Origin: Planctomycetota bacterium
GTDB lineage: Bacteria; Planctomycetota; B15-G4
Length of the DNA stretch: 64,000 nucleotides
NCBI GenBank assembly: GCA_965248575.1
Contig: CBDFJQ010000002.1
Coordinates: 192,001-256,000 of the forward strand
Direction of reading: 5' to 3'
The notes beneath the pieces are model-generated. The model searched no databases. It was not told the origin of the DNA and saw only the letters and a list, made by a program, of their open reading frames with translations. The position numbers and the translations under genes were made by a program. The stretch's first letter is position 1; each line of letters begins with the position of its first letter. This document shows positions 54,259 through 64,000 of the stretch, piece after piece.

Positions 54259-54723
54259 ATGTTTGCACCAGAACTAGTGACCGAGCTGGAACAGATTCGG
54301 TCGCGCTTCCCCTTCCCGAAGGCTGCGATGGTGCCCGTGTTGCGCCGCGTGCAGACGGAAAAGGGATGGCTGGCATCGGACACGCAGGCCTGGGTGGCGG
54401 AGTTCCTCTCCGTCGAGGCCATCGAAGTCCACGAAGTGGTGACCTTCTACCCGATGCTCTTTGCGGAGCCGGTGGGGCGCCACGTGATCCATGTCTGCCG
54501 CACCCTCTCCTGCGATGTCTGCGGAGCGAAGGAACTCTGGAAGCACCTCGAAAAGAAGCTCGGCGTGACCCGTAACGGGACCACGTCGGACAACAAGTTC
54601 ACCCTGCGCGCCGCCGAGTGCCTCGCATCTTGCGGCACGGCGCCTGTCCTGCTCATCAACAACGAACGCCATGAGCATGTGGGTCCTGCGGAAGCGGACA
54701 AGCTGCTGGAGGGCGTCAGCTGA
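54259..54723 (+). CDS. nuoE: NADH-quinone oxidoreductase subunit E
   Basis: TFY, CxxxxC and CLASCGTAP motifs. Confidence 0.95.
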   Translation: MFAPELVTELEQIRSRFPFPKAAMVPVLRRVQTEKGWLASDTQAWVAEFLSVEAIEVHEVVTFYPMLFAEPVGRHVIHVCRTLSCDVCGAKELWKHLEKKLGVTRNGTTSDNKFTLRAAECLASCGTAPVLLINNERHEHVGPAEADKLLEGVS

Positions 54724-56015
54724 TGAAACTTTCCTCCGTGATTTCAGCGCGCTTCGGCAAGCCCGACAGCACGGCCCTCAAGGGCTACCGCGAAGACGGC
54801 GGCTACGAGACATACCTCGCGGTGCTGGCCGAGAAGCGTGACCCCGATTCCCTGATCGACATCGTCAAGCAGTCGGGTCTCAAGGGGCGGGGTGGCGCGG
54901 GTTTCTCGACCGGCATGAAGTGGTCCTTCGTGCCCAAGGACACCGACAAGCCCAAGTACCTGTGCGTGAACGGCGACGAGAGCGAGCCCGGCACCTTCAA
55001 GGACCGGCAGATCCTCGAGATGGACCCGCACCAGCTGATCGAGGGCGTGGGCCTCACGAGCTATGCCATCGGCGCGCACATCGCCTACATCTACCTGCGT
55101 TGTGAGTTCAAGCAGGGCATCGAGACCGTGCAGGCGGCCATCGAAGAGGCCTACGAGGCTGGCTTGTTCGGCAAGAACATCCAGGGCAGTGGCTACGACC
55201 TCGACGTGCACCTCACCATGGGTGGTGGGGCCTACATCTGCGGCGAGGAGACCTCGCTGCTGAACTCCATCGAAGGCGTGCGGCCCTACCCCCGCAACAA
55301 GCCGCCCTTCCCGGCGGTGGAGGGCCTGTTCGCGTGCCCGACCATCGTCAACAACGTCGAGACGATCGCGAACATCCCGCACATCATCAAGAACGGTGCG
55401 GAGTGGCACGCGACCCTGGGCCACGCCGAAGACCCGGGCTCGCGCCTGTGGTGCGTCTCGGGACATGTGGAGAAGCCAGGCGTCTACGAGATCGAGACCG
55501 GCTTCAAGCTCCAGGACCTCATCGACGGGCCCTGCGGCGGCATGCGCGGTGGCCGCAAGATGAAGGCCGTGATCCCCGGCGGCAGCTCGTCCAAGGTCTT
55601 GCTGCCCGACGAAGTGGCGCAGGTCACCATGGACACCCCCGGCATCCGTGCCATGGGCAGCTCGCTCGGGTCTGCCGGCATCATCGTGCTGGACGAGACC
55701 ACGTGCATGGTGGACGCGGTCCTGAACCTCATGAAGTTCTACGCCCATGAGTCTTGTGGCCAGTGCACCCCGTGTCGCGAAGGGACGCCCTGGATCGTGA
55801 AGATCCTGGATCGCCTGGAGCGCGGGGACGGTCGCGAGGTGGACCTCGAACTCATCAACGACCTCGCGTCCAACATCGAGGGTCGCACGGTGTGCGCGCT
55901 GGCTGATGGCGCGTGCTGGCCGCTCACGAGCATCGTCCGGAAGTTCCGGCACGAGTTCATGGCCAAGATCCCCGCCGCCGCCCGCGTCGCCGGAAAGGAC
56001 GCCGTCACCGCATGA
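54723..56015 (+). CDS. nuoF: NADH-quinone oxidoreductase subunit F
   Basis: GRGGAGF, DESEPGTFKD, YICGEET and ESCGQCTPCREG motifs. Confidence 0.97.
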   Translation: MKLSSVISARFGKPDSTALKGYREDGGYETYLAVLAEKRDPDSLIDIVKQSGLKGRGGAGFSTGMKWSFVPKDTDKPKYLCVNGDESEPGTFKDRQILEMDPHQLIEGVGLTSYAIGAHIAYIYLRCEFKQGIETVQAAIEEAYEAGLFGKNIQGSGYDLDVHLTMGGGAYICGEETSLLNSIEGVRPYPRNKPPFPAVEGLFACPTIVNNVETIANIPHIIKNGAEWHATLGHAEDPGSRLWCVSGHVEKPGVYEIETGFKLQDLIDGPCGGMRGGRKMKAVIPGGSSSKVLLPDEVAQVTMDTPGIRAMGSSLGSAGIIVLDETTCMVDAVLNLMKFYAHESCGQCTPCREGTPWIVKILDRLERGDGREVDLELINDLASNIEGRTVCALADGACWPLTSIVRKFRHEFMAKIPAAARVAGKDAVTA

Positions 56016-57481
56016 TCAAGCTCACGATTGACGGGAAGCAGGTGGAGGTCGAGCCGGGCACGACGCTGCTTGAGGCCGCCGCCTCCATGGGCACCGAGGT
56101 GCCGCACTACTGCTACCACAAGGACATCGGCTCGGACGGTAACTGCCGGGTCTGCTTGGTGGAAGTGAACGGCAACACGGACAAGATGGCCATCTCCTGC
56201 CAGGCGTCGTGCGGCGAGGGCATGGACGTCAAGACCGGCAGCGAGGCCGTGCTCAAGGCCCGCAAGGGGGTGATGGAGTTCCTGCTCATCAACCACCCCT
56301 TGGACTGCACCATCTGCGACCAGGCCGGTGAGTGCCCGCTACAGGACTACAGCTACCACCACGGGGCCGGTGACTCGCGTTTCGTCGAAGACAAGCGCAA
56401 CAAGCCGAAGAAGGTCGAGTTCTCCGACAAGGTCATGTACGACGCCGAGCGCTGCATCCTCTGCACGCGCTGCACGCGCTTCTTCGAGACCGTTCGGGAC
56501 TCACGGCCCATCGGCGTCGAGAACATGGGTGGCGACAGCATGATCACGCTCGGGCCGAACGGGCAGATCGAGGACCCGTATCAGCTGAACATCGTGGACA
56601 TCTGCCCAGTGGGTGCGCTCACCAGTCGCGACTTCCGCTTCAAGCAGCGCATCTGGTTCATGGACTTCGCCGAGAGCGTCTGCCCCGGTTGCAGCAAGGG
56701 CTGCAACATGACGGCGGGTGCCTACCAGGGGCAGCTGCTGCGCTTCGTTCCGCGTCGCAACGCCGAGATCAACAAGTCCTGGATGTGCGACGACGGGCGG
56801 CTGACCTACAGCCGATACAACCTGACGGAGCGCACGCGTGGCGCGTCCATCGCGGGCGAGCCGGCCTCCATGGAGGCAGCCTTCGAGAAGCTGGGCGAGC
56901 TGGTGGGGGCTGGGCAGGGCGTGGCCGTGCTGGCGTCCACCTCCGACACCTGCGAGGAGCTGTTCGCTCTCAAGGCCTGGGCCGGCAAGGTGGGCATCGA
57001 ACACCTGTGGCATGGCGCTGAGACCTGGGCAGGCGACGACTTCCTCAAGCAAGAGGACGCGACGCCCAACACCCAGGGCGCCAAGTCCCTGGGCTATGCG
57101 CCCGTGCCGACGGAGGCGCCGACCCTGCGCGGGCTGGTGGTCGCAGGAGACGTGGATGTCCCCGCTGCGCTGCTAGCCAACCTCGACTTCCTGGTGCTCC
57201 AGGCGCCGCATAGTGGCGAGCTGGGTCCCGCAGCCATGGTGCTGCTGCCTGGCCTGACGCGGGTAGAAAAGAAGGGCACCTGGGTGAACTCGGCCGGCAT
57301 GGCGCAGGCCGTCAAGCCCGCCTTGCAACCTGGAGAGGGTGTGCCCGACGACTGGACCATCTGGCGCGATCTGGCCGGTGAGTCCTGGACGACCCTCAAG
57401 GCCCTCACGCGCGCAAGCAACACGGCGCTGGATGCCTCCGCTGACAACTCGGACAAACCTCTGCTGGCGACGGACTCGTGA
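56012..57481 (+). CDS. nuoG: NADH-quinone oxidoreductase subunit G (short form)
   Basis: N1b, N5 (HPLDCTICDQAGEC), N4 (CILCTRC...CP) and N7 (CPGCSKGC...C) motifs. Confidence 0.93.
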   Translation: MIKLTIDGKQVEVEPGTTLLEAAASMGTEVPHYCYHKDIGSDGNCRVCLVEVNGNTDKMAISCQASCGEGMDVKTGSEAVLKARKGVMEFLLINHPLDCTICDQAGECPLQDYSYHHGAGDSRFVEDKRNKPKKVEFSDKVMYDAERCILCTRCTRFFETVRDSRPIGVENMGGDSMITLGPNGQIEDPYQLNIVDICPVGALTSRDFRFKQRIWFMDFAESVCPGCSKGCNMTAGAYQGQLLRFVPRRNAEINKSWMCDDGRLTYSRYNLTERTRGASIAGEPASMEAAFEKLGELVGAGQGVAVLASTSDTCEELFALKAWAGKVGIEHLWHGAETWAGDDFLKQEDATPNTQGAKSLGYAPVPTEAPTLRGLVVAGDVDVPAALLANLDFLVLQAPHSGELGPAAMVLLPGLTRVEKKGTWVNSAGMAQAVKPALQPGEGVPDDWTIWRDLAGESWTTLKALTRASNTALDASADNSDKPLLATDS

Positions 57482-58521
57482 GCGATTCGATGGCCGACTT
57501 GCTATTCGACGTCGGGGCGAGCCTGACGAAGATCATCATCCTGACCCACACCACGCTGATCCTGGCGATGTACATGCCCTGGGTTGAGCGCAAGGTGTCG
57601 GCCTGGATCCAGGACCGCGTGGGGCCGAACCGCGTCGGCTATGCCGGCCTACTGCAGCCCATCGCGGACACCTTCAAGTTCATCTTCAAGGAGGACATCA
57701 CCCCGGGGCACGTGGACAAGGTGCTGTTCGTCCTCGCGCCCTGTCTGGCGGTGATCCCCTCGCTGTTCATCCTGGCGGTCATCCCCTTCGGCCCCAGCGT
57801 CGAGGTCATGGGCCGCACGGTGGACCTGGTCATCGCCGACCTGGGCGTGGGCATCCTCTTCGTGTTCGCGTTCAGCAGCCTGGCGGTCTACGGCATCACC
57901 TTCGCTGGCTGGGCCAGCAACTCGAAGTACCCGCTGCTCGGCGGCGTGCGTAGCTCGGCGCAGATGATCAGCTACGAGATCTGCCTGGGCCTGTCCGTGG
58001 TGGGCATCTTCATGGGGGCCGAGTCCCTGCGCCTGCTGGACGTGGTGAACCTGCAGATCGACGGCACGTGGAACATCTTCACGCAGCCCCTCGGCTTCCT
58101 GGTCTTCGCCATTGCCGCTTTCGCCGAGACCAACCGCCTGCCCTTCGACCTGCCCGAGGCCGAGACGGAGCTGGTGGCTGGCTATCACACCGAATACAGC
58201 AGCATCAAGTTCACGCTCTTCTTCGCCGGCGAGTACGCCGCGATGTTCGTGTTCGCTGCACTGGTCACCGTGTTGTTCCTCGGTGGCTGGGACTTGCCCT
58301 TCATGGATTCCGGCACCTTCGCCGCCATGGGCAACTGGGGCGCCGTGCTTGGGTTCGGCGTGTTCCTGTTCAAGTCCCTGCTGTTCCTGTTGCTCTATGT
58401 CTGGGTTCGCTTCACCCTGCCGCGCTTCCGCTTCGACCAGCTGATGAACCTCGGCTGGAAGGTGCTGTTGCCCATCGGGCTCGCGAACATTCTGATCACC
58501 GGTCTCCTGAACCTGCCCTGA
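57478..58521 (+). CDS. nuoH: NADH-quinone oxidoreductase subunit H
   Basis: ERK...QDRVGPN, AQMISYE, AETNRLPFDLPE and PRFRFDQL motifs. Confidence 0.97.
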   Translation: MSDSMADLLFDVGASLTKIIILTHTTLILAMYMPWVERKVSAWIQDRVGPNRVGYAGLLQPIADTFKFIFKEDITPGHVDKVLFVLAPCLAVIPSLFILAVIPFGPSVEVMGRTVDLVIADLGVGILFVFAFSSLAVYGITFAGWASNSKYPLLGGVRSSAQMISYEICLGLSVVGIFMGAESLRLLDVVNLQIDGTWNIFTQPLGFLVFAIAAFAETNRLPFDLPEAETELVAGYHTEYSSIKFTLFFAGEYAAMFVFAALVTVLFLGGWDLPFMDSGTFAAMGNWGAVLGFGVFLFKSLLFLLLYVWVRFTLPRFRFDQLMNLGWKVLLPIGLANILITGLLNLP

Positions 58522-58529
58522 GGTCCCCG

Positions 58530-59078
58530 ATGGCGAAGGTCGTCGAACGACGCAAGCTGAACTTCTGGGAAGAGCTCTATCTCCCGGCCATCGCGGATGG
58601 CCTGGCGCGGACGTTCCGCCAGATGTTCAAGCCGGAGATCACCCTCCAGTACCCCGAGCAGCGCCCGGTCATCGCCGATGACTACCGCGGCGCACCGGGT
58701 CTCGTGAAGGATGAGGAGGGGCGCGAGAAGTGCGTCTCCTGCCAGCTTTGCGAGTACATCTGCCCGCCCAAGGCGATTGTGATCATTCCGGGCGAGGCGC
58801 AGGAGGCCGAGCAGAAGGACGACTACGACTACAGCAAGATCGAGAAGGCTCCTGAGGAGTTCTACATCGACATGCTGCGCTGCATCTACTGCGGCTACTG
58901 TGAGGAGATCTGCCCCGAGCAGGCCATCTTCATGACGGGCGAGTACGAGCTGAGCGCTGCGACGCGCCAAGAGCTGGTGCACGACAAGCCACGGCTGTAT
59001 GAGATCGGCGGCACGCGCCCCGGCCTCATCCAGAAGTGGAAGCACAAGGACGACGGCCTCGAGGCGGGGGAGCACTAG
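58530..59078 (+). CDS. nuoI: NADH-quinone oxidoreductase subunit I
   Basis: TLQYPE and two CxxCxxCxxxCP motifs. Confidence 0.95.
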   Translation: MAKVVERRKLNFWEELYLPAIADGLARTFRQMFKPEITLQYPEQRPVIADDYRGAPGLVKDEEGREKCVSCQLCEYICPPKAIVIIPGEAQEAEQKDDYDYSKIEKAPEEFYIDMLRCIYCGYCEEICPEQAIFMTGEYELSAATRQELVHDKPRLYEIGGTRPGLIQKWKHKDDGLEAGEH

Positions 59079-59079
59079 C

Positions 59080-59586
59080 GTGGAAGGTGCACTGTTTTAT
59101 GTGTTCGGCGGGCTGGCGGTTCTGGCCACGCTGTTCACCATCACGGCGAAGAACCCGGTCTACAGCGCGCTGTGGATGATCGGTTCCTTCTCGGCGACGG
59201 CGGCTGTCTTCGTGCTGCTGGACGCCTTCCTGATCGCCACCGTGGAGGTGCTGGTCTACGCCGGCGCCATCATGGTCCTGTTCCTGTTCGTGATCATGAT
59301 GATCAACCTGCGCTCGGAGGAGAAGCAGGGCCTGCGCGTCTCGCCCCTGGCGGTGATTGTGGCGCTGACCTTCCTGGTCTTGCTAGGCCGCGCCGTGGGT
59401 GACCTGGGCTCGGTGGCTGGCAAGCCCAACGAGCTCGTGGGCACGCCGGGTGGGGTGGCTGAGCTGATGTTCACCAAGTACGTGGTGCCCTTCGAAGCCG
59501 TGTCCATGCTCTTGCTGGCCGCCATCCTGGGCACGGTGGTCCTGAGCCGGCGAACCGGGCAGGGCCAAGGGAGCCACGACGGATGA
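59080..59586 (+). CDS. nuoJ: NADH-quinone oxidoreductase subunit J
   Basis: VYAGAIMVLFLFVIM and PFE motifs. Confidence 0.95.
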   Translation: MEGALFYVFGGLAVLATLFTITAKNPVYSALWMIGSFSATAAVFVLLDAFLIATVEVLVYAGAIMVLFLFVIMMINLRSEEKQGLRVSPLAVIVALTFLVLLGRAVGDLGSVAGKPNELVGTPGGVAELMFTKYVVPFEAVSMLLLAAILGTVVLSRRTGQGQGSHDG

Positions 59587-59918
59587 TTCCCCTCGAGCAC
59601 TACCTCTACCTGTCCGGGATGCTGTTCACGCTGGGTCTGTGCGGCGTGATGATGCGCCGCAACGTGATCCTGGTGCTGATGTCCGTGGAGATCATGCTGA
59701 ACGCCGCGAACATCGCCCTGGTGGCCTTCAACAAGCATCTTCAGGCCGATGCCATCGCGGGCGCCGCCAACGGCGTGGCTCTCGACGGCCAGGTCTTCGT
59801 CTTCTTCACCATCGCTGTCGCTGCGGCCGAGGCCGCTGTGGCGCTCGTCATCGCGATGGCTCTCTTCCGACGCTTGGACACGGTAAACGTGGACGACGTC
59901 GCGAACCTTCGCTGGTAG
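59583..59918 (+). CDS. nuoK: NADH-quinone oxidoreductase subunit K
   Basis: RRN, EIMLNA and AAAEAAV motifs. Confidence 0.96.
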   Translation: MIPLEHYLYLSGMLFTLGLCGVMMRRNVILVLMSVEIMLNAANIALVAFNKHLQADAIAGAANGVALDGQVFVFFTIAVAAAEAAVALVIAMALFRRLDTVNVDDVANLRW

Positions 59919-59933
59919 GCAAGGAGCCCCCGA

Positions 59934-61859
59934 ATGGACTCGCTTGGCGCCTGGTTGATCCTCTTCCTGCCTCTGGCCTCCGCTGTGGCCATCGCCTTCG
60001 GTTTGCACCGAAGCAAGATGGCCAGCATGGCGGTATCCATTGGTTCGGTTTGGGTCGGTTTCGGCATTGCGGCCTTCTATTACCTGCCGGCTCTGCTGGA
60101 CGGCGGGCATGGATTCACCGTCAACGACACCGTCCGCTGGCTGACCGCCGGCGACACCTCCTTCCAATACGCAATCCTGGTGGACGGTCTGTCGACCATC
60201 ATGTTGCTGGTGGTGCTGGGAGTGGGTGGTCTGATCCACATCTACGCCGTGGGCTACATGCATGGTGACCCGGGCACGTCGCGCTTCTTCGCCTGCTTGT
60301 CCCTGTTCATGTTCTCGATGCTGGGCATCGTGCTCTCGGACAACTTCTTCCAGATCTTCATCCATTGGGAGTTGGTGGGCGTCAGCAGCTACCTGCTGAT
60401 CGGGTACTACTACAAGAAGCCGGCGGCCAGCGCGGCGAGCAACAAGGCCTTCCTCACCAACCGTGTGGGCGACTTTGGCTTCATGCTCGGCATCCTGATG
60501 CTGTTCTTCGCCACGGGTACGGCCAACTTCCGGGAGATGGCGGCCGTGATCGCGGCCCCTGGATATCTGGAGACGGTGGCCTTCCAGGTGGGTGGGCTGA
60601 ACGGCTGGACCCTGACCAACGAGCACTTCCTGTGGCTCTCGGGCGCCCTGACGCTGATGGGCATCATGGGCAAGAGCGCCCAGTTCCCGCTGCACGTCTG
60701 GTTGCCAGACGCCATGGAAGGCCCGACCCCCGTGTCTGCCCTGATCCATGCCGCGACCATGGTGGCGGCGGGTGTGTTCCTGCTGGCCCGGGTGTTCTTC
60801 ATCTACCTGCCCAGCGACACGGCCATGAGCATCGTGGCGCACCTGGGCATGTTCACGGCCTTCTTCGCTGCGACCATCGCCACGACCCAGTTCGACATCA
60901 AGCGCATCCTGGCCTTCTCGACCCTGAGCCAGCTGGGCTACATGGTCATGGCCATCGGCCTGGGCTCCACGGACGTGGCCATGTACCACCTGACCACCCA
61001 CGCCTTCTTCAAGGCGCTGCTGTTCCTGGGGGCGGGCTCGGTGATCCACGCGGTGCACACCAACGACATCCGGGAGATGGGTGGCCTCTTCTCCAAGATG
61101 AAGATCACGTCCACGCTGTTCCTGATCGGGACGCTCGCGCTGTGTGGCGTGTATCCCTTGTCGGGTTTCTGGAGCAAGGACGGCATCCTGCACCTGACCC
61201 AGGCGCCGCCGGCCTACGCCGACAACTTCTTCATCCATTGGTTGCCGACGGTCACGGCGGTGCTCACCAGCTACTACATGTTCCGCCTCTTCTTCCTGAC
61301 CTTCGTCGGGAAGCCGCGCTACCACGGCAAGCCGCACGAGTCCCCGGCTGTGATGTGGGTGCCGATGGCGGTGCTGTGTTTGCTGGCGATCATCTCGGGG
61401 CCGGTGCTCTTCACGCAGGAAGTCATCGAGGGCTTCCGCAGCGTGACGCGGCCCGTGAGCGCTGCGGCCTTCCACCACATCCACGGCGACTCCCACACGA
61501 TCATCCACGCCCTGATCATCTTCGGCCTCGGCGCGGGCTCGGCCTACGTGGCCTTTGGTCGCGGCTGGGTGAACCCCGAGTCGGTCAAGAAGATGCTTGG
61601 CCCGGTGCACCGGTTGTTCGACAACCGCTGGTACATCGACGACATCTACACGTGGATCGTCGAAAACATTCAGCAGAACTTCGCCCGGCTGTGCGATGGC
61701 TTCGACCGCCTGATCATCATCGGCGGCCTGGTCAACGGCTCCGCTTGGATCACCCGCGCGACGGGTGCTGTGGTCTCCCGGTACCAAACCGGTTCTGTGC
61801 GCACCTATGCGCTCCTGTTCGTGGCCGGTGTGGCCGCTCTTCTCGCGCTGAACCTCTGA
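59934..61859 (+). CDS. nuoL: NADH-quinone oxidoreductase subunit L
   Basis: WELVG, NRVGD, GKSAQFPLHVWLPDAMEGPTP, HAFFKALLF and SKD motifs. Confidence 0.97.
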   Translation: MDSLGAWLILFLPLASAVAIAFGLHRSKMASMAVSIGSVWVGFGIAAFYYLPALLDGGHGFTVNDTVRWLTAGDTSFQYAILVDGLSTIMLLVVLGVGGLIHIYAVGYMHGDPGTSRFFACLSLFMFSMLGIVLSDNFFQIFIHWELVGVSSYLLIGYYYKKPAASAASNKAFLTNRVGDFGFMLGILMLFFATGTANFREMAAVIAAPGYLETVAFQVGGLNGWTLTNEHFLWLSGALTLMGIMGKSAQFPLHVWLPDAMEGPTPVSALIHAATMVAAGVFLLARVFFIYLPSDTAMSIVAHLGMFTAFFAATIATTQFDIKRILAFSTLSQLGYMVMAIGLGSTDVAMYHLTTHAFFKALLFLGAGSVIHAVHTNDIREMGGLFSKMKITSTLFLIGTLALCGVYPLSGFWSKDGILHLTQAPPAYADNFFIHWLPTVTAVLTSYYMFRLFFLTFVGKPRYHGKPHESPAVMWVPMAVLCLLAIISGPVLFTQEVIEGFRSVTRPVSAAAFHHIHGDSHTIIHALIIFGLGAGSAYVAFGRGWVNPESVKKMLGPVHRLFDNRWYIDDIYTWIVENIQQNFARLCDGFDRLIIIGGLVNGSAWITRATGAVVSRYQTGSVRTYALLFVAGVAALLALNL

Positions 61860-61875
61860 GCCGAACTCTGAACTG

Positions 61876-63387
61876 ATGCTCGAGACTCACGTCCTCAACT
61901 TCCTGCTGCTGATCCCGGCCGTTACGACGGTGCTGCTGTTCTTCGTGCCGGCCGCGAACAAGTTCGCGTGCCGTGCCCTGAGCGTCGGCGCCGGTGTGAT
62001 CACGCTGCTTCTCGCCGGCTACCTCTACTTCCAGTACGACCAGGAAGTGGGGGGCTTCCAGTTCCTCTACAAGATGGACTGGGTGCCTTCGCTCGGCATT
62101 CAACATCAGCTCGCCGTGGACGGCATCAGCGTCGCCATGGTGCTGCTGACAGGCATCGTCTACACGGCGGGCGCCCTGGTCTCCTGGCAGGTCGACAAGC
62201 GCAGCAAGGATTTCTACATCCTGCTCAACGCCCTGGTGACCGGCGTCTTCGGCGTGTTCCTGTCGATGGACCTGTTCTTCTTCTACTTCTACTACGAGCT
62301 GGCGGTGGTGCCGATGTACCTGTTGATCGGGTACTGGGGTTCGGCGAACCGCGAGTACGCCAGCATGAAGCTGACCCTGTACCTGACGGCAGGTGCGGTG
62401 GTGGCTCTGCTCGGCTTGCTGATGCTGTACTTCTCGGGCATCACCGCGGAGCCGACCTTCGACCTGCTGGCCATCAAGGCAGCGGTGGATGCTGGCGGTG
62501 GCCTGCCCCTGGCGACGCAGAACGTGCTCTTCCCCCTGCTGCTTGTGGGCTTTGCGACCATCGCACCCATGTGGCCGCTGCACACCTGGTCGCCGGGCGG
62601 TCACGCCGCGGCACCCTCCGCAGCCTCGATGATGCACGCCGGCGTGCTCATGAAGCTCGGCAGCTACGCCATCATCCGCATTGCCATGCCGTTGATGCCG
62701 GAAGGCGCCGTGACCTGGCTGCCGGTGGTCGCCGTCTTGTGCAGCTTCAACATCATCTATGGCGGACTGGTCGCCATGAACCAGAAGGACATGAAGTTCG
62801 TCATCGGCTACAGCTCCAGCAGCCACATGGGATATGTGCTACTGGGCATCGCGGCCTTCAGCGACCTGAGCCTCTCGGGCGCCGTCTTCTTGATGTTCGC
62901 GCACGGTGTCATGACGGCCCTGGCCTTCTCGCTCATCGGCTTCTTCTACGAGCAGACGCACACGCGCATGCTCGACGACCTGGGCGGCCTCATGAAGCAG
63001 ATCCCCTTCGTGGGCATCTGCTTCGTGATGATGGCCATGGCCAGCCTGGGCCTGCCGGGCTTCGCCAACTTCGCCAGCGAGCTGATGGTCATCGTGGGCA
63101 GTTGGGAGCGCTATCCGATCCCGACCATCTGCGGCCTGTTCGGCCTGGTGATCGGTGCCACCTATCTGTTGCGCACCGTGAAGGCCTCGTTCTTGGGCGA
63201 GATGGACCCCAAGTGGGAGAAGCTGCGGGACGCCAAAGGCTTCCTGGAACGGGCTCCCTTCATCCTTCTCTTGGCTGTGCTGCTGTTCTTTGGTTTCGCA
63301 CCGTGGACGCTGGTGGACGTGATTTCCACCGGGGTCGAGCCGCTCGTTGACACCCTGCACGCCGCCGAAGCGGCTCTTGGGAGATAG
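61876..63387 (+). CDS. nuoM: NADH-quinone oxidoreductase subunit M
   Basis: DGIS, YEL..VPMY, PLHTW, LMKLG, YSS.SHMG and LGLPG..NF..E motifs. Confidence 0.95.
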   Translation: MLETHVLNFLLLIPAVTTVLLFFVPAANKFACRALSVGAGVITLLLAGYLYFQYDQEVGGFQFLYKMDWVPSLGIQHQLAVDGISVAMVLLTGIVYTAGALVSWQVDKRSKDFYILLNALVTGVFGVFLSMDLFFFYFYYELAVVPMYLLIGYWGSANREYASMKLTLYLTAGAVVALLGLLMLYFSGITAEPTFDLLAIKAAVDAGGGLPLATQNVLFPLLLVGFATIAPMWPLHTWSPGGHAAAPSAASMMHAGVLMKLGSYAIIRIAMPLMPEGAVTWLPVVAVLCSFNIIYGGLVAMNQKDMKFVIGYSSSSHMGYVLLGIAAFSDLSLSGAVFLMFAHGVMTALAFSLIGFFYEQTHTRMLDDLGGLMKQIPFVGICFVMMAMASLGLPGFANFASELMVIVGSWERYPIPTICGLFGLVIGATYLLRTVKASFLGEMDPKWEKLRDAKGFLERAPFILLLAVLLFFGFAPWTLVDVISTGVEPLVDTLHAAEAALGR

Positions 63388-63393
63388 AGGACC

Positions 63394-64000
63394 TTGGATA
63401 CCTCCCAGATCTTCACTGAGATCTCCGCCGTCTTCGGCATCGAGATGTGGCTCGGCCTGCTGGCCCTGACGCTGATCATCGTCGACCTGATCACGGGCAA
63501 GGGCCGCCTGACCGGCCCCGCCGACATGGTGCGCTTGGTGGGCATGGCCGGCCTGGCCGCGCTGCTCGTCTACAGTTTCAGCGTCTCGCCCAACGAGAGC
63601 GCCGTAGGTTGGGGCACGCTCGACAGCTTCGCCCTGTACTTCAAGCGCTTCTTCATGGGCACGGCGCTCATGACCCTGCTGATTTCGGCGCCCTATGAGG
63701 CCCGTCTGCCAGCGGGCCGCGGTGAGTTTCCCGCCCTGGTGATCTTCACCACCATGGGCATGTGCATGTTGGCGTCCGTGAACGACTTCGTGACGCTCTT
63801 CGTGGGCCTGGAGTTGGTCACGGTCACGCTGTTCATGCTGGCAGCTTGGCGCGCGGGTCTTCCGCGCTCCATCGAGGCGGGCATCAAGTTCGTGATCATC
63901 GGTGCCATCGCGGGCGCCTTCCTGGTCTACGGCACGGCCTTCATCTACGGCACCACCGGGCACCTGGATTTCGAAGGTGTGCGAGCGTTCCTGTCTTCGG
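63394..64000 (+). CDS. nuoN: NADH-quinone oxidoreductase subunit N (5' part, truncated by window end)
   Basis: Not in the ORF track. TTG 63394 opens MDTSQIFTE...GEF...FVGLEL...SIEAGIKF...YG, open to the window edge. Confidence 0.9.
   Translation, partial: MDTSQIFTEISAVFGIEMWLGLLALTLIIVDLITGKGRLTGPADMVRLVGMAGLAALLVYSFSVSPNESAVGWGTLDSFALYFKRFFMGTALMTLLISAPYEARLPAGRGEFPALVIFTTMGMCMLASVNDFVTLFVGLELVTVTLFMLAAWRAGLPRSIEAGIKFVIIGAIAGAFLVYGTAFIYGTTGHLDFEGVRAFLSS

Noticed and set aside
52744..63963. Long antisense and alternate-frame ORFs over the nuo operon (e.g. 59256..61787 -, 52744..54255 -)
   Set aside because: Shadow ORFs caused by high-GC codon bias; they fully overlap well-supported genes and show no motifs.
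1..64000. tRNA, rRNA, prophage, IS or integron elements
   Set aside because: No cloverleaf, rRNA-like tract, transposase, integrase or compositional island was recognised.

Overview
High-GC bacterial chromosomal window, gene-dense and mostly housekeeping. It may come from a Planctomycetota-like or other uncultured lineage, but that is a low-confidence inference. No rRNA, tRNA, CRISPR array, integrase or transposase was recognised. Left to right: a DUF547/GT2/GT87-like glycosylation cluster; enoyl-CoA hydratase; DUF481 beta-barrel; PPi-type phosphofructokinase; a lone SIR2-like/STAND-NTPase/TPR protein with an RGG tail; an A-type Fe-S carrier; a PTPS/QueD-family enzyme; a Thr-type sulfatase-like protein; plsY-gpsA; an M61 peptidase; an ISC operon (Rrf2-iscS-iscU-iscA-hscB-hscA, no fdx). 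Next come a UGA-containing ArsC-like selenoprotein (UxxC plus SECIS-like hairpin) whose N-terminus the ORF track misses, larB-larC-larE without larA, a frameshifted ALDH7-type gene, an OmpR-type two-component pair and a ZIP transporter. A module then combines a hybrid kinase/Hpt phosphorelay, partner-switching proteins (2 STAS, RsbW-like kinase, REC-PP2C), polyprenyl-phosphate sugar transferases and glycogen phosphorylase. The window ends with AI-2E and NCS2 transporters, fdhD, a second sulfatase-like gene and the nuoA-N operon (nuoN cut by the window edge). All calls come from motif recognition by eye; no database searches were run.
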